Notes: generated from the letters alone by a model not told the origin. A stretch of 64,000 nt of DNA from Candidatus Versatilivoraceae bacterium (GCA_965197895.1 OZ240232.1:714318-778317); one strand, 5' to 3'; positions 36,825-45,409 are shown, counted from the stretch's first letter. Made by a program: numbers and translations.

Positions 36825-38120
36825 ATGTCCTCAACCCTCTCCCGGCTGCTCCGTGTGGATTTCCCCTCGGTTCAAACCCGGCTTAATGCCGAGGAGGAAG
36901 CCGTGGTGATCGAGACCCTTCGCAACGGTCCCACCTGGAGCCAAGGCGAGGAGCAGCGAGCCTTCGAGCGGGAATTCACCCAATACATCGGCTGTGCCGA
37001 CAGTATCGCCGTGAGCAGTTGCACCTCGGCGCTGGAGATGGCGGCCGCCCTGTGCGGCCTGGCCCCGGGAGACGAAGTGATTCTGCCGGCTCACACCTTC
37101 GTTTCCAGTGCCGTTCCTTTTGCCCGCACTGGGGCTCGATTGGTGTTCGCCGATATTGACCCGGCGACGCGGCTGCTCTCCGCGGAATTCGTCAAACCCT
37201 GTCTGACCGAGAGGACCAAGGCTATGGTGGTGGTGCATCTCTACGGTCTCCCGGCCGACATGGACCCGATTCTCCGCTTGGCGGAAGAGCATCATCTGAA
37301 GGTGGTGGAAGACGTGGCCCAGGCTCCGGGGGCGGTCTATAAGGGTCGGAAGGCGGGATCCATGGGAGACTTTGCGGCCTTCAGCTTCCACAACCAGAAG
37401 AATATTTCGACCCTGGGAGAAGGAGGTATGCTGACGGTCAGGAATCCTGCTGACGGAGAACGGGCCAGAAAGCTCCGCTGGATGGGCAATTGGCCTTTCG
37501 CCGGAGATCGCGGCCGCTACTGGGTTCCCGCAATGGGAAATCTGGTGAGCGGCATGCAGGGAGTCTGGCCCTTCAACTTCTGCCTCAGTGAAGTGCAATG
37601 TGCCGTGGGAAGGCGATTGCTCAGGCGGTTGGATGCGATCGATGCCCAGAGGCGGGCCCAGGCTGACTTGATCCGTTCAGCCTTGGCCGATGTCCCGGAG
37701 TTGTCCTTTCAGCAGGTCCCGGAGGGTCACGTTCACGCCTACCACCTGCTGGTGGCCCACTACGACAGCTCGAAATCTCAGGGCACGCGGGATGATCTGA
37801 TTCAACGACTTCATCAGGATTACGGGATCAAGTGTATTGTTCAGTATTGGCCTCTTTATCGGTCGGAGCTCTTCCAATCGTTCGGCTACGGGAACGTCCG
37901 TTTGCCCAATACCGATGAATTTTTTGACAACATGATCAGCTTTCCCTTCTGGTCGGACATGCCCGAGGCAACCTTGCATTATATGGCCGATGGCATTCGC
38001 GCGGCTGTGGAGAGTCTGCGACGGAGAGGCCAGGCTGAGCCCGTCGGCTTCCCGTCTGCTCCTCCCGTTTCGAGGGTCCCGGCCCGCGGCCGGCAGGTTT
38101 CTAACCGGCGACGCCGATAG
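36825..38120 (+). CDS. DegT/DnrJ/EryC1/StrS-family PLP aminotransferase (sugar aminotransferase type)
   Basis: CTSALEMAAALCGLAPGDEVILPAHTFVSSAVPF...VVHLYGLPADMD...FSFHNQKNISTLGEGGML: fold-type I sugar-aminotransferase hallmarks. Confidence 0.8.
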   Translation: MSSTLSRLLRVDFPSVQTRLNAEEEAVVIETLRNGPTWSQGEEQRAFEREFTQYIGCADSIAVSSCTSALEMAAALCGLAPGDEVILPAHTFVSSAVPFARTGARLVFADIDPATRLLSAEFVKPCLTERTKAMVVVHLYGLPADMDPILRLAEEHHLKVVEDVAQAPGAVYKGRKAGSMGDFAAFSFHNQKNISTLGEGGMLTVRNPADGERARKLRWMGNWPFAGDRGRYWVPAMGNLVSGMQGVWPFNFCLSEVQCAVGRRLLRRLDAIDAQRRAQADLIRSALADVPELSFQQVPEGHVHAYHLLVAHYDSSKSQGTRDDLIQRLHQDYGIKCIVQYWPLYRSELFQSFGYGNVRLPNTDEFFDNMISFPFWSDMPEATLHYMADGIRAAVESLRRRGQAEPVGFPSAPPVSRVPARGRQVSNRRRR

Positions 38121-38151
38121 AGTGGACAAGAAGAATTGCGAGGGAATCGGC

Positions 38152-39093
38152 ATGACTCCGCGAACAGTGTATTTCAACGGTAAATTCGTCAGCGAGCAGG
38201 AAGCTCGAGTCTCCATATTCGATTCCGCCCTGATGTTTGGAGACATGGTGTTCGACATGACGCGGACCTACGGGCAAAAGCCCTTCAGGCTCAAGGAGCA
38301 TTTGGAGCGGATCTATGCCGGGCTCAAGTATCTGGAGATCGATTGCGGCCTGACTCTGGACGAGATGGAGCGGGCCACCCTGGAGACCCTGGAAAGGAAC
38401 CTGCCGGTTGTGGACGGGGCCGACGTCCAGATCATGCATGACGTCTCCCGCGGTCCCCTGCCCGTGTACAAGAGCGTATTCGGAGGAGCCGTTCAACCCA
38501 CCGTTTCCATCAACTGCTGGCCCCTGTGGTGGCACTTGGCCGGCAACGGCCCCATGTACCGTTCGGGGGTTCATTCGGTGATTGTTCCCCAGCGATCGGT
38601 GCCGGCTCACCTCATTGAGCCCAAGGTCAAGAACAGAAGTCGCGTCTACTACCAGATGGCCAATCTGCAGGCCCACAAGGTCGATCCCGGGGCCTTTCCG
38701 CTACTGACGGATGATCAAGGGTTTATCACCGAAGGCAGCGGCTCCAATTTCTTCATTGTCCGCCAGGGTCGGGTGCTCACTGCCAAGAGCCACCATATTC
38801 TGGTGGGCGTGTCGCGGAATGCGGTCCTGGACCTGCTGACCTCCATGGCGGTGCCCTGGGCCGAGGAAGACTTCGGGGCCTACGAAGTCGTCAATGCCGA
38901 CGAGGCTTTCCACACCGCCACCACCTTCGCCGTCATGCCTTGCACGCGAATCAATGGCTTGCCCATTGGTGATGGGAAGCCCGGCCCGCTGACCCGAAAG
39001 CTCATCGCGGCCTGGAGCGAATTGGTGGGCCTCGATATCGTGGCTCAAGCCGATGAATATGCCGGGAAAGTCAAGGAGATGGGTGGGCCTTAG
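38152..39093 (+). CDS. class IV (branched-chain / D-amino-acid) aminotransferase family protein
   Basis: MTPRTVYFNGKFVSEQEARVSIFDSALMFGDMVFDMTRTY and EGSGSNFFIV motifs of the IlvE/DAAT fold-type IV family. Start chosen at ATG 38152. Confidence 0.75.
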   Translation: MTPRTVYFNGKFVSEQEARVSIFDSALMFGDMVFDMTRTYGQKPFRLKEHLERIYAGLKYLEIDCGLTLDEMERATLETLERNLPVVDGADVQIMHDVSRGPLPVYKSVFGGAVQPTVSINCWPLWWHLAGNGPMYRSGVHSVIVPQRSVPAHLIEPKVKNRSRVYYQMANLQAHKVDPGAFPLLTDDQGFITEGSGSNFFIVRQGRVLTAKSHHILVGVSRNAVLDLLTSMAVPWAEEDFGAYEVVNADEAFHTATTFAVMPCTRINGLPIGDGKPGPLTRKLIAAWSELVGLDIVAQADEYAGKVKEMGGP

Positions 39094-39147
39094 CGTGCAA
39101 GAGCCGTTCTTGCCCTTCCCCGGCAGCGAACCCGTTCCGGCTGGGAG

Positions 39148-40494
39148 TTGCAGGCCATGGCCATGAACGTTACCGATCTGACGCCTGTGGCCACCCGCCC
39201 GGTGGAGACTCGCTTCCGTCGCATCGGCACCCCCATTCCCGTTCCCGAGTCGATGGCGTTGATTCGACGACTGCGAGAGGTGGAACCGCAGTCGATGGCG
39301 GGCATGGTGCCCATTGTCTGGCATCAGGCCCAGGGATTTCTGGTCCGCGACCCCTATGGAAACCAGTGGATTGACCTGAGCAGCGGTATTGTGATGGCGA
39401 ATAGCGGTCATGCCCATCCCCGCATCCTCCAGGCCATCCGGCAACAGTTGGAGTCGCCGCTCCTGTTCACCTATGCCTATCCCTCGGAGGTCCGCCAGCG
39501 CCTTTTGAAGCGTCTGGTCAAGCTGGCGCCTCCCGGTCTGAACAAGGCCATCCTGTTTTCATCGGGAACGGAAGCCAACGAGTGTGCCATCAGTCTGATG
39601 AGGAGGCATGGCCGCAGGATTGCACCCGAGAAGACGGGGATCATTTCCCTGGAGGGGAACTACCACGGGCGGACGCTGGCAGCCAAGGCGGCCAGCGGGG
39701 GAGACGCTCGGGTCGACGGCATTCCACGCCAAAATCTGCGCCATTTTCAGCTTCCCCGTCCGACTGGGCGAGGGTTTGCGGCCGATCTGAAATCCTGCGG
39801 CTTGGCCCCGGACAACATCGCCGGCGTCATTCTGGAATCCATTCCCGGCGTCACCACCGCCTGCCATCCTCTGGAATATGTCCGGGAGTTGAGGGCTTGG
39901 GCCAGCCGACATCGGGTGTTGATTGCCGTGGACGAGATCCAGTGTGGTGTGGGCCGAACGGGGAAGATGTTCGCCTTCGAGCATTACGACATCGCTCCGG
40001 ATCTGATTACCTGCGGCAAGGGGTTGAGCTCCAGCTTGCCGGTTTCGGCCGTCATCGGGGCCAGGGAAGTGATGGACCTGGCTCCACCGGGCGAAATGTC
40101 CAGCACCTTCGGGGGTAATCCGGCCTGCGTGGCGGCGGCAGAGGCCAATCTCAAACTGATAGAAGAAGAAGGGCTGGTGGAGCGGGCAGCCTCGCTCGGA
40201 GAGCAACTTGAGCAGTGGTTGGCCCCCGTGGTCGAAAGGCATCCTCGATCGATTGGCCAGGTCAACGGCAAAGGGTTGTTTTATTCCATCCACCTGAGAA
40301 ATCCGGTCAGCGGAGATCCATGGGTGGAGAAGGCCGACCAAGTGGCCCTCGAAAGTGTCCGGCGGGGTGTTCTGCTGTTCGTGACGGGAAGGGGCTTCCT
40401 CAAGATCGTACCGCCTCTGATGATTGACCGGGAGGCCTTGCAGGAAGCTGTGGAGGTGGTCGTCGCTGTTCTGGATGCGGAGCTGACTCCATGA
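39148..40494 (+). CDS. class III PLP aminotransferase (omega-aminotransferase family)
   Basis: SGTEANECAISL, DEIQCGVGRTGKMFAFEHYDIAPDLITCGKGLSS: class-III signature with Schiff-base Lys in the TCGKG context. Confidence 0.8.
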   Translation: MQAMAMNVTDLTPVATRPVETRFRRIGTPIPVPESMALIRRLREVEPQSMAGMVPIVWHQAQGFLVRDPYGNQWIDLSSGIVMANSGHAHPRILQAIRQQLESPLLFTYAYPSEVRQRLLKRLVKLAPPGLNKAILFSSGTEANECAISLMRRHGRRIAPEKTGIISLEGNYHGRTLAAKAASGGDARVDGIPRQNLRHFQLPRPTGRGFAADLKSCGLAPDNIAGVILESIPGVTTACHPLEYVRELRAWASRHRVLIAVDEIQCGVGRTGKMFAFEHYDIAPDLITCGKGLSSSLPVSAVIGAREVMDLAPPGEMSSTFGGNPACVAAAEANLKLIEEEGLVERAASLGEQLEQWLAPVVERHPRSIGQVNGKGLFYSIHLRNPVSGDPWVEKADQVALESVRRGVLLFVTGRGFLKIVPPLMIDREALQEAVEVVVAVLDAELTP

Positions 40495-41261
40495 CAAAAC
40501 CCCTGACGGTGGATCTGGAAGGACGGTGCGCTCTGGTGACGGGAGGTGGAACCGGGATTGGTCGGGCCATCGCCATGGGATTGGCCCGCTGCAGCGCCCG
40601 AGTGGTGGTGAACTATTCCCGGAGTGCAACCGAGGCCCGGGACACCGTCGCCGAGATTATCCGGCAAGGGGGTCAAGCTGTATCGGTTCGAGCCGACGTC
40701 ACCGATGAGGAGCAGGTCAGGCTGGCCATAAGAATGGCGATCCGGACCTATGGGGGGCTGGATATTCTCATGGCCAATGCCGGGGGGCCGACCGAGCAGT
40801 GCCCAACCGCGGCCCTGTCCAGTGAGCGCTGGGACGAAGGATTGAACTTGAATTGCAAGTCGGTCTTCTTTTGTGTCAAGCACGCCATCCCGCTGTTGCC
40901 GGATGGTCACGGTCGTATCCTCATTACCTCGTCAATCAGCGCCCGCAGCGGAGGGGGGCCCGGGACCATAACCTATACGGCTGCTAAAGGAGCCTTGAAC
41001 AATCTCGTGCGGGGATGGGCCAAAGAGCTTGGACCTCGCGGCATTACGGTCAATGCCATCGCGCCGGGCGTGATCTGGACCCGTATCCACCAGCAGCGGA
41101 CCCCGCCGGAGGTCTACCGGGGCCTGATCGATCGAATTCCGCTGGGCCGCGATGGACGGCCGGAGGATTGCGTGGGGGCGGCGCTGTTCCTGGCCAGTCC
41201 GGAAGCTTCCTACGTCACCGGACAGATTCTGGAAGTCAACGGCGGGATGTTGATGCCGTAG
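40491..41261 (+). CDS. SDR-family oxidoreductase (3-oxoacyl-reductase-like)
   Basis: ALVTGGGTGIGRAIA (TGxxxGxG), NAGG, S...YxxxK spacing. ATGA overlap with the upstream aminotransferase. Confidence 0.8.
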   Translation: MTKPLTVDLEGRCALVTGGGTGIGRAIAMGLARCSARVVVNYSRSATEARDTVAEIIRQGGQAVSVRADVTDEEQVRLAIRMAIRTYGGLDILMANAGGPTEQCPTAALSSERWDEGLNLNCKSVFFCVKHAIPLLPDGHGRILITSSISARSGGGPGTITYTAAKGALNNLVRGWAKELGPRGITVNAIAPGVIWTRIHQQRTPPEVYRGLIDRIPLGRDGRPEDCVGAALFLASPEASYVTGQILEVNGGMLMP

Positions 41262-41302
41262 AGGGGATTTCTCACCAAAGGTAGGAATCGTCGACTCTCA
41301 AT

Positions 41303-41385
41303 CCACGAAGGGGATCCACGAAGAGCACGAAGGGGAAAAGAGATATCCACGAAGGGCCACGAAGGACGACGAAGGGCCACTAAGG
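41303..41385 (+). repeat. array A: 7 direct copies of (C)CACGAAGG spaced ~9-13 bp
   Basis: tCCACGAAGGggatCCACGAAGaGCACGAAGGggaaaagagatatCCACGAAGGgCCACGAAGGacGACGAAGGgCCACtAAGGgg. Confidence 0.85.
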
Positions 41386-41581
41386 GGTTGGAGAAGGCTC
41401 AAGAGGGATCCGCCAAAGGTCGGGAAGGGACTGACAAGAAACCCGCAAACGAGAGAGTGGTGGTGACTTGAGGCTCGTTGGTTTCGTGCAATAAATTCTA
41501 GATAGCCGATGGGACACAGTCGGCAGAGAAGGCAAGTGCCTCCGAACCAGACGAACGGTGCACGGCGTAAGGAGTTTTGAA

Positions 41582-41970
41582 ATGGGCAACGGTAGCGAGA
41601 GGCTTGAAGCACTGGCCAAAAAAATAAAACAGGATATCGAAAAAGGAGCGGCACCCAGATCGGAGAAGTTGACAGTCCGCGAGTTTATCGGCTGGTATGG
41701 AAACCGTAGACGAGGATCATGGCTTGTTAAGCATATCCGAAACAAAATGGAGGTATTGAAGCTTCGGACCGTCCCTGATTTCGAGTTCGCATATATTGAT
41801 TCAAGGATTGAGATCAGAACTGCAGATGGTTCACCCTCAGGAGGTCTTGAAGATCCTGTCCATCGTATCGGAACCCTTGCAGCAGCGCACAACAAGCCTA
41901 TGAGAGTTGCTCCGGATGACCGGCTCAAAGTGGCCACAACGAAAATGCAGTTAAATGATTTTTCTCAGCT
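41582..41970 (+). pseudogene. 5' part of a gene encoding N-terminal unknown domain + first CBS motif, interrupted by IS insertion
   Basis: AAGGAG RBS 7 nt before ATG 41582: MGNGSERLEALAKKIKQDIEKGAAPRSEKLTVREFIGWYGNRRRGSWLVKHIRNKMEVLKLRTVPDFEFAYIDSRIEI...KPMRVAPDDRLKVATTKMQLNDFSQL. The last codons of the track ORF (SLLQNS*) are IS inverted-repeat sequence. Confidence 0.6.
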
Positions 41971-43450
41971 GAGCCTTTTGCAAAATTCGTAGTGGAGCAT
42001 GTCATTTTGCTGGCTAACGTGATGTGCCACTCGTGACTACCCGACAGCAAAGGCACTTTTGAACGGAAATGTCCGGATCTGAAGGCCGGATCACAGGCGG
42101 TCGCCGGAAGCAGGCACAGCTTGCCTCATTCCTGCCCTACGGCGGGTGCTCATCCTGCATTGTCCGGGATCCGTCGCGACGGGCTCAAAGCATCAGGCGC
42201 ATCAACTGTTCCACCGTCAGCGCGAGAATGCCGAACATCAGGTGGCACCACACCTTGCCTGGGCCGCGAACCCTCACGTACCGCCCGCCAAACTCGTCCT
42301 TGAGCCGTCCGTTCACCCGCTCCACGGTCGAGCGTTCGCGGTAGCGCCTCGCCTCGGGAGACACTTGGCCGATGCGGCGCTGCGCCAGCGCCTCCCGCTT
42401 TCGTTCCGCTTTCACCTGCGGCCGCCTGCGGGGGTTGAGGTCGATGATCGGCACATGCCCCAGCTTTTGGCTGAAGGCCCGGATCTCCGGCGCGTCATAG
42501 GCGCTGTCCATCAGGTCGTAGAGGCTGTCGACCCGACTCGCGGTCAGCCTCGCCAGCGGGATCGCCGCCTGACTGTCGTGCACCGAGGCTGACGTCAGCA
42601 GGCAACTGACCGGAATGCCGCCGTCGATCGCGTCGATGTGCAGCTTGTAGCCGGTCCAGCTCTCCTGATATCCCTTGGCGTTGCGCTTGACGCCGATGTC
42701 GCAGACCTTCGGCAGGTCCTCCAGCATCTGCTCCAGCGTCATCGACGCCTGCCGCTGCAGACGGCGCGGCTCCTTCGGCCGTGGCTCGTCCTGGCGCGGC
42801 CGACCCCGCCGGCGCTTCGCTTTGGCCGTCGGGGCGGGCTTGGGCGCCGGCGACTCGCGTCCCGGGATCGTGGTCGAGTCCCTCGACACATGGCCCGCCA
42901 GGTGGCCCGCTAGCGTTCTGTCGAGCAGCGCCTCATGCAGGCGCCCCGGCAGGTCGCTGGCGGCAAATTCCGCAAAGGCGCGTGAGAAGGTCGCCTCGCT
43001 CGGCACCCCACCCGCCGCCTCCCAGCCGCACAGGCGGCGCAGCGTAGGTTCCGTCCTCAGCCGCTCCACCAGCCCCCGGGTGGTGGGCACATCCAGCACC
43101 GCCTTCGCCAGAAAGGCCCGCGCCAGCGCCCCACGATCCTTCAGCGGCCGGCCCCGCCAGCCCCCGCTGTAGGGCAGCCACTCCTCCACCCGCACCAGTT
43201 CCAGCACTCGGACGAGCCGCTCGTAGCGCTCGCCGAGGGGACCCAGTGCCTCCTCCAGCCAGGGGAACAGCTCCCGTTGAAACGTGAACCAGTGTCGTGA
43301 TAGGGTTTGTCTAAGGGGCAAGTTGGCTCTCCTTTCATCATGAGGATGGGGTATCTCCATGATACAACAGAGAGCGGACTTGTCCCCTCGATTGACCTAT
43401 TCCCTTACCTTTCCCGACAAAAAATCCCGCTACCTACGGAATTTTGCAAA
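41971..43450 (-). mobile_element. IS5/IS1182-like insertion sequence (1480 bp) with 22-23-bp IRs and 4-bp AGCT target-site duplication (TSD)
   Basis: IR-L GAGCCTTTTGCAAAATTCGTAG (41971-41992); IR-R revcomp of ctacggaattttgcaaaaggctc (43428-43450) = GAGCCTTTTGCAAAATTCCGTAG. AGCT at 41967-41970 and 43451-43454. Excision restores one continuous ORF. Confidence 0.75.
42185..43360 (-). CDS. IS5/IS1182-family DDE transposase
   Basis: 391 aa; DSAYD...IIDLNPRR...YRERSTVERVNGRLKDEFGGRYVRVRGPGKV...HLMFGILALT: C-terminal signature of the IS5/IS1182 group. Confidence 0.7.
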   Translation of the reverse strand: MEIPHPHDERRANLPLRQTLSRHWFTFQRELFPWLEEALGPLGERYERLVRVLELVRVEEWLPYSGGWRGRPLKDRGALARAFLAKAVLDVPTTRGLVERLRTEPTLRRLCGWEAAGGVPSEATFSRAFAEFAASDLPGRLHEALLDRTLAGHLAGHVSRDSTTIPGRESPAPKPAPTAKAKRRRGRPRQDEPRPKEPRRLQRQASMTLEQMLEDLPKVCDIGVKRNAKGYQESWTGYKLHIDAIDGGIPVSCLLTSASVHDSQAAIPLARLTASRVDSLYDLMDSAYDAPEIRAFSQKLGHVPIIDLNPRRRPQVKAERKREALAQRRIGQVSPEARRYRERSTVERVNGRLKDEFGGRYVRVRGPGKVWCHLMFGILALTVEQLMRLML

Positions 43451-43454
43451 AGGC

Positions 43455-44076
43455 TCAGCTACCTGTAATGACGGGCGAACGCACTGTAAAGGGAATCATC
43501 AGCTGGAAATCGATAGGCACGAGCTTCTCATTGGGGGGGCCGTGCGAGTGGGTTCGTGATTGCATGGAAGAATCGGTGGAAGAAATCTCTATTGACGCTC
43601 CTCTTTTTGAGGCTATTGGCTCCACTGCAAAACACGGATACTTGTTAGTGCGAGGCAAAGACAAGGCTGTAACTGGCATAGTGACGGAAACCGACGTTTC
43701 CAAACAGTTCATGCATCTCGCTGGCCCGTTCTTGCTCATCGGCGAAATAGAGGGCCACTTGCGCCAGTTGATTCATGGAAAGTTCACTGTTGAAGAAATG
43801 CAGTTAATATCCGAGGGTGAAGGGGGACAAGGCATTTCCGGTTCGGCAGACCTGACTTTTGGCGGATACTGTCGACTCCTGCAGAATCCAGAGTACTGGG
43901 AAAGGCTGAATCTGGGTGTCGATCGAGGGCAGTTCGTTGAACATCTGGAGTCCGTGAGAAAAATACGGAATGATGTCATGCATTTTGACCCCGATGGTTT
44001 GTCTCCTGAAGATGAAAGGATGTTGCGGGGTGTCGCTCGATTTCTTGAGACTTTGATCAGAAAAGGAGTGAAGTGA
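43455..44076 (+). pseudogene. 3' part of the interrupted gene: second CBS motif + C-terminal HEPN-like domain (Rx4H)
   Basis: After removing the IS and one AGCT, the frame continues ...DFSQLPVMTGERTVKGIISWKSIG...HGYLLVRGKDKAVTGIVTETDV (CBS) ...LTFGGYCRLLQNPEYWERLNLGVDRGQFVEHLESVRKIRNDVMHFDP (R-x4-H HEPN motif). The first 5 codons of the track ORF (MQKAQ) derive from the IS IR. Confidence 0.6.
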
Positions 44077-44265
44077 GAGGCGTACGTGCTGACGACGGTG
44101 GCGTCACGGTGGCGTCAACGTAGCCTTCAGGCAAGGTAGACTCATCATAGTGAAAATCTGCCGCCTCCACGGGGGCTTTCAAGATCAATTACTTGAGACC
44201 AATCCAACAGCTCGTACCGTCCAAAGTTCAGGCTATGCCGGGGGATGTTCCGGGGGACAAATAAT

Positions 44266-44323
44266 GAAGGGGAAAAAAGAAATCCACGAAGGGGCACGAA
44301 GGACCACGAAGGGACACGAAGAG
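44266..44323 (+). repeat. array B: 4 direct copies of CACGAAGG at ~10-bp phase; ~85% identical to the distal part of array A
   Basis: gaaggggaaaaaagaaatCCACGAAGGgGCACGAAGGaCCACGAAGGgaCACGAAGAg; aligns with gaaggggaaaagagatatccacgaagggccacgaaggacgacgaagggccactaagg from array A. Confidence 0.85.
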
Positions 44324-44452
44324 ACTGATTGCTGATTTCTGTTCGTTGATTGGGGAGTTGTGACAACTGATTTTGCCTTAAATCCAAATTCTACAATCCG
44401 AAATTCACGAAACTTGACTCATCTGTCAATGTCGTTTCGACTCAAGAGATCT

Positions 44453-44525
44453 AGCCACTGACCACTAGCCACTAGCCACTAGCCACTGACCACTGACCAC
44501 TAGCCACTAACCACTAACCACCGAC
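44453..44525. repeat. tandem array of ~10 heptamers CACT(G/A)(A/G)C / CACCGAC
   Basis: agCCACTGACCACTAGCCACTAGCCACTAGCCACTGACCACTGACCACTAGCCACTAACCACTAACCACCGAC. Overlaps the last 5 codons and stop (44507) of the minus-strand nitrilase-family gene; preceded by AGATCT. Confidence 0.9.
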
Positions 44526-45409
44526 TTGGCTTCCGTCAGGGCGCCGAAGAGTTCGGGACGTCTTTGGCGCAGGGTGTAGTTGGGTTGGCTGCGCGCTTCC
44601 CAGAGTTTTTCGGGGAGCAAATCGGCGATCAGAACTTCTTCCTGAATCTTCTCGAAGGAGGTTGCGGCAGCCACCTGTCCCAGCGGGTCCATGATCAGAC
44701 AGCCGCCAGCATGGTTAGGTTGGTTGGGGCTGTCCTTGGGGTAGGTGTCGACGATCCCGGCTCTTCCAGCCTGATTGCAGAGCACCGTATAGCAACTGTT
44801 TTCGTAGGCTCGGGCGGAAGCGATCATGTGGAAGTACCGGCCCGAATAGGCGGCCGCCTCTTTCTCCGACTCCGGATCGTCGGTCCACATCTTCAACCGG
44901 GCGGCGTGGGGCATCAGAATGACATCGGCCCCCTTCAGAGCCAGAATCCGGGGGACCTCGGGAAGGGAGTTGTCGTAACAGATGACCGTTCCCACCCGGC
45001 ATTTGCCGATGTCGAAGACGGGCATCTCCGAGCCGCCTTCGTAGTGAATGACCTCGTCCCGGGAGAGGTGAATTTTTCTCTGAGCCCCGATGTAGCCCTT
45101 CGGACCCACCAGAACCTGGGTGTTGTAGACGATATCGTTCTCTTTTTCGCTGAGGCCCACGCTGAGAAAGACATTCAAGGCTTGGGCCAGCAGGCAGAGG
45201 TGTTCGACGCTGCGGCCGTCGGGCACTGCCTCTGCCTGATACCAGGTATTGGGCGCGTTGTGTCCATGCACCACCAACTCGGGGAAGAGGACCAGGTCGG
45301 CGCCCGAATCTTTGGCGCGAGCCGCCCATTGGTCAATGGCACGCAAATTCTTTTCCGTCTGGCCCAGTAACCCGTTCATGGCGACCGCCGCAACTTTCAG
45401 TTTTTGCAT
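44507..45409 (-). CDS. carbon-nitrogen hydrolase (nitrilase superfamily), paralog 2
   Basis: MQKLKVAAVAMNGLLGQTEKNLRAIDQWAARAKDSGADLVLFPELVVHGH..., collinear with 7478..8368. Start chosen at ATG 45409. Confidence 0.8.
   Translation of the reverse strand: MQKLKVAAVAMNGLLGQTEKNLRAIDQWAARAKDSGADLVLFPELVVHGHNAPNTWYQAEAVPDGRSVEHLCLLAQALNVFLSVGLSEKENDIVYNTQVLVGPKGYIGAQRKIHLSRDEVIHYEGGSEMPVFDIGKCRVGTVICYDNSLPEVPRILALKGADVILMPHAARLKMWTDDPESEKEAAAYSGRYFHMIASARAYENSCYTVLCNQAGRAGIVDTYPKDSPNQPNHAGGCLIMDPLGQVAAATSFEKIQEEVLIADLLPEKLWEARSQPNYTLRQRRPELFGALTEAKSVVSG

Noticed and set aside
41298-41654. Minus-strand 118-aa ORF and 44150..44335 + ORF spanning the CACGAAGG arrays
   Set aside because: Repeat-derived low-complexity translations (IHEGARRTTKGHEE...); arrays are better explained as non-coding direct repeats.
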